NCBI GenBank assembly: GCA_049614465.1
Contig: JBMZDS010000001.1
Location: 1 to 36,362, forward strand
Direction: 5' to 3'
Origin: Chitinophagales bacterium
Lineage (GTDB): Bacteria > Bacteroidota > Bacteroidia > Chitinophagales > UBA8649
DNA: 36,362 nucleotides
The notes under the pieces are model-generated. The model did no database searches and was not told where the DNA came from. It saw only the letters and a program-made list of their open reading frames with translations. Below, in pieces: positions 16,061 through 23,686 of the stretch (position 1 is its first letter; each line of letters starts with the position of its first letter). The position numbers and the translations under genes are program-made.

Positions 16061-18349
16061 TTATTTTATCAGTACTTTTTCAGTTTGTCCATTTATTGTG
16101 ACTAAGTATAATCCTGTTGTCCAGTTTCCTGTATTGATAGTCAAATCTTGTTCTATTTTATCTTCATAAACTAGTTTCCCTTGTAGGTTAAAGACCTTTA
16201 CAAATTTCGTTTCAGTTGTAGCATCTTCTATCTCTAGATTGAAAGATCCTTTTGCAGGATTTGGAAAAATATGAATCGCTATAGCATTAATTTCTTTATC
16301 AAAAAGTCCACTAACAATAGGATCATTTGAGTTTTCAGCACCAAATGTTGGGTTCATGGTTTGAAAAGCACCGACACCATTTGGATATCTTCCATAGCTA
16401 ATATCTTTAGACTGTGCACCATACTCTATAAAATCTAGTACATTGAAAAAAGAGTCGGTTAGATATACAGATTCTCCACTTGCTGACAATGAAAAATCAG
16501 CATGAAAACCTATTTGCTCTTCATCTTTATCTGCCCATATTGTGATGTATTCATCAGGATTAATCACAGTGCCAAGAGGGAAAGAAAATTTAGTGAAATT
16601 GCCAGGATTGTCTGTTATTGTATATCCTGAAATATCTACGGCTACAGTCCCTTTGTTATAGATTTCTATCCAGTCATCATATTCGAGATCTTGATCAAAT
16701 ACTGTAAGATCATTCGATGACAAAAACTCGTTGATTACGACATCTCCTATAACATTTGATGTTGAAGCCAATGAATAAAATTCATGCTCAGCATTGGTCG
16801 GAGAGAATTTACCAATATCACTATTTTCTGCATAGATATAATATTCCATTAAGGAAGTTGAAATAGCAACCTCAACACCATAAATATCATCATTTGCAGC
16901 ACCATCATTGTGCATGCCATCATCAAACATTTGTACTTTTTCAAAAGGGGCACGTCTAGTAAATCGATATCTAAAATATACGACATCTTCATTGACTACA
17001 TTGGCTGTAAAAGTAATGTCATCTCCTAAAAATGGTGTGTCATCTGAAACGATAATATCAGAAATCGTAGGTTCTGTATTTGTGAAATCACTTAAACCTA
17101 ATAGGTAAGAAGCTCTAGTATTCATCAAATTGGTTATTCCTGGAGTAGTTTGCCCTCCAGGGCCAGGACCGCCACCACCAGTGACATCTGTCGTAAGATT
17201 GTCTACAAAGTTGTTGTATGTATAAAACTTATTGTTATCAGCTTGTACTGCTGCATCTATAGTACTTTGCAAAGCTAAACCTGCAGTATAGTATGTACCA
17301 TTATTAGTGAAGTTGTCTTGCAAGATTGTTTTGTAATGTGCCAAGTACATCTTTTTGTAAGTAGGGACACTTAGCAATTGGCTTATAAGTGGATAATCAT
17401 TATCATTTTCATGTAGCAAATGAGACATTTCTTGCTTTTGGTTTGTGCTGTTTAAATTGCCACTTCCTGTCATCGAAAAAGTACCGAAAGACTCATTCAA
17501 ATCCCATACAACAGGCAGAAAACGCCCATATTCATCTTTGTATAAGTAATAATTTTGGGCAAAGCCACCGATATAGCTGTCCAAATTGACTAAGGCATTG
17601 TCAAAAGCTAACATCCATAATGCTCTATCGACATCTAGTATCGTTTCTATATCATTTGGGTCATTATCAAGTGTATCACATAAGTCAATCAGTTCTTTCC
17701 ATCCATTATCAGATTTCAAATCATATGCATCATAGTATTGTGCGCTATCTGTACCGAGATATTCAAGGTTGGGTAAGTCTGTCGTGCCAGGTCCCGCTCC
17801 CGCAGGAGGATTACATTTTACAAATGTATTGGACTTTGAACCAAACCTATCATCAACAAATCTCTTAGATATCGATTCCGAATTGCTATACAATCCTATT
17901 AATGTTCCATTTACGTATACATTGGCAAAGTTTGAAAGCGGTGCGTCCATATATTGTCTTAGTACTTGGTAAGAAAGTACTTCTCTTAAAAAAGAAGGAT
18001 CTTTAGCTACATTACTGAGTTTTATATCTGTATAATCATCATAGTCATGCTTTTTGTAGGTATTCAATTCTATATGCAGAGGGTTCTTGGCTTGATTCGC
18101 ATTGTAGGTACTGTTCCCTTTGTATTTTACGCCTACACTATCAAAGACTTCACCATTTATAGTCACACTTTGTGCCATTATATAATCTCCATTGCCTGCT
18201 TTTTCAGCATCTAAAAGCGCATCCCAGTTATTTTCCGCAAAAGTGATTTCGATTTCTTGAATGATATCTTCTTGATAAAAAGATTGGGCATTAAGAAGCG
18301 TGAAGTTGATTAAAATAGTAACAATTACTATACTAAATAGATTTTTCAT
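16061..18349 (-). CDS. Secreted CotH kinase-family protein with a lamin-tail (LTD) domain and a T9SS C-terminal sorting domain
   Basis: Signal peptide. CotH core (KYKGNST, NPLHIELN, LREVLSYQVLRQYMDAP, NVYVNGTLIGLY, VVWDLNESFG). LTD (VVINEFLSSN..DDWIEIYNKGTVAVDISGYTITDN..FSLSASGESVYL). T9SS type-A CTD (IHIFPNPAKGSFNLEI..GLYLVTINGQTEKVLIK). Confidence 0.85.
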   Translation of the reverse strand: MKNLFSIVIVTILINFTLLNAQSFYQEDIIQEIEITFAENNWDALLDAEKAGNGDYIMAQSVTINGEVFDSVGVKYKGNSTYNANQAKNPLHIELNTYKKHDYDDYTDIKLSNVAKDPSFLREVLSYQVLRQYMDAPLSNFANVYVNGTLIGLYSNSESISKRFVDDRFGSKSNTFVKCNPPAGAGPGTTDLPNLEYLGTDSAQYYDAYDLKSDNGWKELIDLCDTLDNDPNDIETILDVDRALWMLAFDNALVNLDSYIGGFAQNYYLYKDEYGRFLPVVWDLNESFGTFSMTGSGNLNSTNQKQEMSHLLHENDNDYPLISQLLSVPTYKKMYLAHYKTILQDNFTNNGTYYTAGLALQSTIDAAVQADNNKFYTYNNFVDNLTTDVTGGGGPGPGGQTTPGITNLMNTRASYLLGLSDFTNTEPTISDIIVSDDTPFLGDDITFTANVVNEDVVYFRYRFTRRAPFEKVQMFDDGMHNDGAANDDIYGVEVAISTSLMEYYIYAENSDIGKFSPTNAEHEFYSLASTSNVIGDVVINEFLSSNDLTVFDQDLEYDDWIEIYNKGTVAVDISGYTITDNPGNFTKFSFPLGTVINPDEYITIWADKDEEQIGFHADFSLSASGESVYLTDSFFNVLDFIEYGAQSKDISYGRYPNGVGAFQTMNPTFGAENSNDPIVSGLFDKEINAIAIHIFPNPAKGSFNLEIEDATTETKFVKVFNLQGKLVYEDKIEQDLTINTGNWTTGLYLVTINGQTEKVLIK

Positions 18350-18454
18350 AGCTAGGTTATTTCTAGGTTTAGTTTACAAATTTGTCGAAAATTATCCAGT
18401 ATATAGTGTTTTCTTTAGAATTTCGTAGATATAAAGCTATTGTATAGTATTCTC

Positions 18455-18499
18455 TTCAAAAAAAATCGCCTTACAAAATTTAATTTGTAAGGCGATTTT
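18455..18499 (-). terminator. Rho-independent terminator of the beta-barrel OMP gene
   Basis: Perfect 16-bp stem aaaatcgccttacaaa / tttgtaaggcgatttt with a 6-nt loop. It is followed on the minus strand by a T-run (the A-run at 18458-18465 on plus). Confidence 0.65.
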
Positions 18500-18524
18500 G
18501 AAAGATTTATAGTATTATCTATTT

Positions 18525-19385
18525 TTATTTATTGTCAGCAAGGTTGAAAGTAAATCCAATTCCTGCAAATCCTACAGAAGAATTTTCATTTAAGCCAGTT
18601 CCACCATTAATGTCAAGCATGATTCCTTTTGTAATAGCATATCTTACACCAAAGTTCAATCCTAAATTTGGCTCTACTTTTTTACGCATGAAATTGTAGT
18701 GTTCTGCATAAAAATCCATCTTTTTAGATAAGTGCATCAATGCTCTGATTGAATAAAATGCATCTGGACGCTTACCGTTGTCTGTCCATTTTACACCAAA
18801 GTTATAGCCTAATACAAATCTACTCTTGATATCGTGACTCATTAGCAATGCAAATTCTGGAGCTACGAAACTAGGTCTTTCTACCAATACCCAGTCTCTA
18901 ATCATATCGTCATCATCTAAATGATTTCTTTGCGTAGTGTTGATGCCCATTCCTAGATACAAAGATCCTTGTGTCTTGAAGTTGCCATCTTTGCACTTCG
19001 CATCGATTATTTGTGCTCTTATTCCTATTTGTAGTGGTGACCAATAGTTGTATTTATCTTTTCCGTCAGCCCAGTTTCTTATGATAAGTTCTCTGTTTGC
19101 GATAGCAAAATCAAGTTCTACTTTATCACTCAATCCTAGACGCAATTGTGCTGCAAATGGAGTAGCTTGATCTGTTTTGAATGCATCGTTGTCATCATCC
19201 ATCCATTCGTATCCTACGCCCATTTCAAGTTGAAGTCCTCTTCCGAAAGTAGCTCCAGAGCGAGTATATGTTCCTCTGTCTGAAGAGAAAGTAGAAGATT
19301 GAAAAGCTGTTTTTTCTACTTCTTGTGCAAAACCAATTGTACTTGCAAAAGCAAGTAAAAGTGTCATTAAGGTATATTTATTCAT
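18525..19385 (-). CDS. Outer-membrane beta-barrel protein (MetA-pathway/transporter-like OMP)
   Basis: Signal peptide ending AQE. Alternating beta-strand pattern throughout. The subfamily call is tentative. Confidence 0.6.
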   Translation of the reverse strand: MNKYTLMTLLLAFASTIGFAQEVEKTAFQSSTFSSDRGTYTRSGATFGRGLQLEMGVGYEWMDDDNDAFKTDQATPFAAQLRLGLSDKVELDFAIANRELIIRNWADGKDKYNYWSPLQIGIRAQIIDAKCKDGNFKTQGSLYLGMGINTTQRNHLDDDDMIRDWVLVERPSFVAPEFALLMSHDIKSRFVLGYNFGVKWTDNGKRPDAFYSIRALMHLSKKMDFYAEHYNFMRKKVEPNLGLNFGVRYAITKGIMLDINGGTGLNENSSVGFAGIGFTFNLADNK

Positions 19386-19400
19386 GTTTTAAAATTTTTG

Positions 19401-19408
19401 CAAAAATA
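19401..19408 (-). promoter_or_regulatory. Candidate -7 box (TAttTTTG on the minus strand) for the OMP gene
   Basis: The reverse complement of caaaaata is tatttttg, 15 nt upstream of the ATG at 19385. Motif match only. Confidence 0.3.
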
Positions 19409-19453
19409 CCAAGTTATTTTCTTTTTATGAAGAAATAATCACACGTATTTTAA

Positions 19454-20491
19454 TTATTTTGGTTTGTACTTACTTTTTGTCATGATGGTTTCTGCATCAG
19501 TATCGAGTAGTTGAGTTAGACTAATCATTCCATCAGCGTTTTTCATATATTGATTGACTATTTGCCAGCCCACCCAGCTACCGACATTTCCTGGAGCTCC
19601 ATCGGGCATTCCTGCTGTAAACGGTCCATCATTAACATGTTTTTTGTGCTCCATATAATTTTTAGAGTAAAACAAATCATGTTCATTGTAAAATCGCCAT
19701 ATTTCATCTTCTTCTTGCTCGCACCATGCCAATTGCTCAGGAGTATAGCCTATTAGCAGATTTCTTTCTTTGAGCGGCATCATACATTCTAAAAAGTACA
19801 GTTTTTTACCATTTTCTATCATCGCATGAAGCAATGCATCCGTTTCTGCCATCATATCAGGCCCAAAATAAAGATTGTACATTACTTCCATTCCATTGGG
19901 TACTAGAAATTCTGGCGAAAATCTATTTATCATATATAGTGGAAAATCAAAACTAGTATAATACATATAGTCTTTGCCTAGATACATGTCTAATCCAAAA
20001 ATCAAATAAGTCGAATCATAGCTTGCTGCATTGTATGAAAACTCAGTAATTGTTGTATAAATTTCAGGTATTTCTTTTTCAGGAAAGTAATAATTGAAAT
20101 GGCGCATGGCATCTGTCAGTTCTTGCTCAAAAATCGTATTGTCAGGATAATGATTTTGTACAGTATCGTACAGCCCTTGTACATATGGATTGGTGAAAAA
20201 ATGATTTAAGCCAGCCAACACAGGTTGTAAAGTATCATCTATAGCTCCAAAATTCATCATTTGAATTGTGTAAAAATCAAAAAACGTACTGTCTTTTGCT
20301 CTAATACTTTCTAACGAACTTAGGAGTTTAAGGGTGTCGGCTTCAAAAAAAATTCGATCATATCGATGAATGTCAAGTGTTAAATCAACGCTAGAAATAT
20401 CAATCACTTTATCATTTTCTTTTTCATTACAAGAACTTAAAAACAATAACCCACTTATAATAGTAACTGCAATCCCAAAATTTACTTTCAT
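19454..20491 (-). CDS. gldB: Gliding motility lipoprotein GldB
   Basis: Lipobox LFLSSC when started at the internal ATG at 20491. Resembles remembered GldB features over its length: DIHRYDRIFFE near the N-terminus, IGYTPEQLAWCEQEEDEIWRFY, APGNVGSWVGWQIVNQYMKN, and a C-terminal SKYKPK. Confidence 0.8.
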   Translation of the reverse strand: MKVNFGIAVTIISGLLFLSSCNEKENDKVIDISSVDLTLDIHRYDRIFFEADTLKLLSSLESIRAKDSTFFDFYTIQMMNFGAIDDTLQPVLAGLNHFFTNPYVQGLYDTVQNHYPDNTIFEQELTDAMRHFNYYFPEKEIPEIYTTITEFSYNAASYDSTYLIFGLDMYLGKDYMYYTSFDFPLYMINRFSPEFLVPNGMEVMYNLYFGPDMMAETDALLHAMIENGKKLYFLECMMPLKERNLLIGYTPEQLAWCEQEEDEIWRFYNEHDLFYSKNYMEHKKHVNDGPFTAGMPDGAPGNVGSWVGWQIVNQYMKNADGMISLTQLLDTDAETIMTKSKYKPK

Positions 20492-20559
20492 AGCTACAAA
20501 GAAATATATTCTATCGAAATAATGGAGAAATAAAACTACTTTTTCTAAGTACATGACAA

Positions 20560-21325
20560 AAAATGAAATAGATTCGTATTGTTTTGATTTTCATTATTTA
20601 AAAGTATGCTTGCAATAAAAGAGAGTCCATGTTTAAATATTGATTTTGCTTCTCTACCATGTTTTTTGATGGTAATGGGTTTGATTTGATGTAAATATAT
20701 TCCAACTTTATAGCACTAAACAAAAGCAATGATTACTAACAGAATCAACTTTTCAATCCTATTAATATCTTGTAGATGTGTTTTTTCTAGGTCAAAGCAC
20801 TAGATTTCATTGCTTTAAAACACATTTCTATTTGCTAGCGTTTTTTATAAATGTCCTGAGCCTTTTCAGGTTTGTGAAACCCGAATTATGCATTAGAAAA
20901 TCCCTGCTTGCAGTAGGCAAGTATTCCGTATTCAAACTACTGCGAAATAAGGCGTTTCACTGCTTTTTAGAATTCCATCATAATGTTGACTATGATAAAA
21001 TTCTAAAAATCCTTATTTCATTGTACTTTGAACTCTCATAACGAAGTTCTAATACATAATTCGGGATAAATCGTTGAATACGTCTTAAAGAAGATACGGG
21101 ATTTGCTGAAGTATCAAAAGCATTGGATAATTTCTCAAAATTTACGGTTTGTACTTTACACACGGCTATAATAAAGCGCGTAATGAGTTTTACTCTAGCT
21201 AGATTTATTTTTCCTTTAAAATGAGAGTTGATAATTGAAGTTAATTCACTATTTTTGGCACTAGCATTGGTTTTCTTCATCAGAAATATTTGTAGAGTTT
21301 TTTCTTCTAAAATACTGAAAATCAA
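20560..21325 (-). pseudogene. Decayed IS4-family (DDE_Tnp_1) transposase: N-terminal fragment plus a stop- and frameshift-riddled C-terminal fragment, with the catalytic core missing
   Basis: The N-terminal ORF (20990-21325) ends with the IS4-type ...VQTVNFEKLSNAFD..SSLRRIQRFIPNYVLEL. Hand translation of the minus strand of 20560-20985 gives KPEKAQDIYKKR*QIEMCFKAMKSS, a 1-nt frameshift, then FDLEKTHLQDINRIEKLILLVIIAFV*CYKVGIYLHQIKPITIKKHGREAKSIFKHGL. The total is about 0.77 kb, whereas an intact IS of this type should be larger. Confidence 0.75.
20964..21009. repeat. Imperfect 19-bp inverted repeat (palindrome) inside the IS relic
   Basis: Arms tttttagaattccatcata (20964-20982) and tatgataaaattctaaaaa (20991-21009), with a 2-nt internal mismatch and an 8-nt loop atgttgac. 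Confidence 0.8.
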
Positions 21326-21402
21326 TGAATTGTATTTTTGTTATGTACTAAGATAATTTATATAAAAAACTATCTTAGCAAGATATTAATGTTAATTTAG
21401 TA

Positions 21403-22755
21403 ATGAAATTAAAAAGAAAGATACCCTATTGCTTTTATTTTTTAATTCTAGTTTTTTTCTTTTCTAGCTGCAAGGATAAAATAGATACTAGCTGTCATCA
21501 TTCTATAGATTTTGAAGCTCACAATATTCCCGTAGTCTCTATTGCAGTAGCTTCATCAGATTTTTTTGATGATGAGAAGGGTATTTATGTAGAGGGAGAA
21601 GGAAATGCATCAAATTGGATGGGACTTAAAGCAAATTATTATTCTGGAAAGAAAGTGAAAGCTCATTTTGCTTATTATTCTTCCGATTCATTTCAAATTT
21701 ATCAAAATATAAAGATTAATGTAAGCGGTGGAGGGAGTAGAAGCCTTCCTCAAAAGTCTTTTAATATTCATAGTAAAAAAGACACTTTTTTTCATCACCA
21801 GTTTTTTAATGATTTGAGTATCAACTTTTTTTCATCACTTAGATTAAGAAACTCAGGACAAGACTGGTCATCTACATTGATGCGAGATGCTTTAATGCAT
21901 AGCATCGCAAATGGAATGAACATAGATAAACAAGCCTATCAGCCTGTTGTTGTTTATTTAAACGGTAATTATTGGGGTATTTATAATCTTAGAGAAAAAT
22001 TCAACAAAAGTTATTTAAGGAGTCATCATGATATTGGAGATGAAAAGATCGCTTCAATGGAACAAAGAACTAATGTAAACTATGGAGACACTGTTGAGTA
22101 CTTCAATTTACTCAAATATATAGAGACAAATGATTTAGGACAGGATGAGCATTATGAATTCGTCCAAAGCCAAATACATATAGACAATTTTATAGATTAT
22201 TTTTCGGCACAAATTTATTTTGCAAATACGGATTGGCCATCAAATAACATTAAGTATTGGAAAACAGATTCTCCTACTAGTAAATGGAGATGGTTTTTAC
22301 ACGATACCGATATGGGATTTGGTTTTGCCCCTTTTGATGTACATCCTGGCGGCTTAGATCACAATACCTTAAAGTATGCTTTAAATGATTCAATATCAAA
22401 TTTACACAATAAACCATGGAGCACTTTCTTATTTAGAAATCTATTAAAGAACAATCAATTTAGAGATCTTTTTTTATGTACCTATAAATACAATCTAGAA
22501 ACATTTTTTAATCCCGATAGAGTAATTCCAATCATAGATGAAATTGTATATGGTATAGAAGCAGAAATGCCCAATCATATAAACAAGTGGAAAGATGTAG
22601 AAGATGAAAGAACGATACAATCTATCTCTCAATGGAGATCAAATGTTGAAGAATTGTATGATTTTGCACAAAATAGACCTTTAATTGTTAAAAAACATTT
22701 ACTAGAACATTTTGAACTCAATGAAGATGAATGGGAAGAACAAATTTGTTTTTAA
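21403..22755 (+). CDS. CotH kinase-family lipoprotein (second, divergent CotH paralogue)
   Basis: Lipobox FFFSSC. CotH core motifs: LRLRNSGQDWSSTLMRDALMHSIANGM, VVVYLNGNYWGIYNLREK, NTDWPSNNIKYW, WRWFLHDTDMGFG. No LTD domain and no T9SS CTD. Confidence 0.85.
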   Translation: MKLKRKIPYCFYFLILVFFFSSCKDKIDTSCHHSIDFEAHNIPVVSIAVASSDFFDDEKGIYVEGEGNASNWMGLKANYYSGKKVKAHFAYYSSDSFQIYQNIKINVSGGGSRSLPQKSFNIHSKKDTFFHHQFFNDLSINFFSSLRLRNSGQDWSSTLMRDALMHSIANGMNIDKQAYQPVVVYLNGNYWGIYNLREKFNKSYLRSHHDIGDEKIASMEQRTNVNYGDTVEYFNLLKYIETNDLGQDEHYEFVQSQIHIDNFIDYFSAQIYFANTDWPSNNIKYWKTDSPTSKWRWFLHDTDMGFGFAPFDVHPGGLDHNTLKYALNDSISNLHNKPWSTFLFRNLLKNNQFRDLFLCTYKYNLETFFNPDRVIPIIDEIVYGIEAEMPNHINKWKDVEDERTIQSISQWRSNVEELYDFAQNRPLIVKKHLLEHFELNEDEWEEQICF

Positions 22756-22876
22756 GCATAATCTTTCTAAGCTCGTTTGCAGCAAAAACTGATTTTTCCA
22801 TAGGTTTTATCATCACAATTCAATCTAAAAGTAATATTGTCATTCTTTCCCAAAAAAAACGTAGTATTTTTGAAAA

Positions 22877-23647
22877 GTGAAGTCTTATTTACTAACTCTT
22901 ATCACATTTTTCTGCTTGAGCAATCTAATTGCGCAAAACAAGTATTTTTTTGAAGAAAATTACTCCAAAGTAGTCTTTGAAACGAATGCACATTTTGGTG
23001 AAATCTATAGGCATTCAGATAAATTTAAACCTAATGTCACAGAATTTACTTACAATTTTGAGCAAACTATTTCTATACGAAATCTAAATAAAAAACCTTG
23101 GCAACAAAAATTGCATTATCCAGAGGTTGTCACATATATTCATTCATCATTTGGCAACAAAGAGATTTTTGGCAGCGCTAATGGACTTTTCACTCATGTA
23201 AATTTTTGGTTTAATCACAATAAAATTGCAGACACGTATTTTAGTGTAGGAATCACTAATAACACTGTAGGTGTCGCAAAACCTCCTGTTTATATCCATT
23301 CTCTTTACTATGCCCGCTATACAAGTGTGGCAAATAAAGTTTGGAGTGGAGCGAGTTTTGAAACCAACTTTTCAGCGCATGACAAACTCCTTTTTGAACA
23401 AGAAACTGAAAATTTGAAATGGAAATCTTCCAATTTGAGTTTGTTTGTAGCGGACGAAATTATACTAGAAAATGTAGGTGTCAGTTTTCTTTTTGGTGCT
23501 TATATTTTAGATAACGCTTATAGAGGTGCACTTATTTATGCCAAACTCGGCATCAACTATTATTATTACGAATTTGGAAAGCATGATCACAAACTTTTCT
23601 TGGGAGTCAATCTCAAAACGCATTATACAACTGCACAGGTTGTATAG
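22877..23647 (+). CDS. Acyloxyacyl hydrolase / lipid A deacylase (PagL)-like outer-membrane protein, apparently truncated 7 codons before its native C-terminus
   Basis: Signal peptide ending AQN. The N-terminal block (ETNAHFGEIYRH..) and the C-terminal ..LKTHYTTAQVV resemble Bacteroidota PagL-like OMPs. The TAG at 23645 is followed in frame by LGGGITF-stop (see finding). GTG start. Confidence 0.65.
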   Translation: MKSYLLTLITFFCLSNLIAQNKYFFEENYSKVVFETNAHFGEIYRHSDKFKPNVTEFTYNFEQTISIRNLNKKPWQQKLHYPEVVTYIHSSFGNKEIFGSANGLFTHVNFWFNHNKIADTYFSVGITNNTVGVAKPPVYIHSLYYARYTSVANKVWSGASFETNFSAHDKLLFEQETENLKWKSSNLSLFVADEIILENVGVSFLFGAYILDNAYRGALIYAKLGINYYYYEFGKHDHKLFLGVNLKTHYTTAQVV

Positions 23648-23686
23648 CTAGGTGGAGGAATTACTTTCTAATAAAAACGCTAAAAC

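Noticed and set aside
20492-20554. Longer gldB start (MYLEKVVLFLHYFDRIYFFVA..) given by the ORF track.
   Set aside because: The internal ATG at 20491 gives a proper lipoprotein signal peptide (MKVNFGIAVTIISGLLFLSSC). The extension would bury it and runs into IS-derived sequence.
20778-21041. 87-aa plus-strand ORF in the gldB-CotH intergenic region.
   Set aside because: It lies antisense to the readable C-terminal fragments of the IS4 transposase relic and has no features of its own.
20716-23647. TAG could be read as a sense codon. It occurs at two Trp positions in the transposase relic and at a Glu-like position in the PagL-like gene.
   Set aside because: TAG cleanly terminates well-conserved genes at their expected ends (DUF1015 at 2675, nadE at 25324, nadK at 25321, CNNM at 32643). 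The implied amino acids are also inconsistent (Trp versus Glu). Ordinary nonsense mutations explain it.
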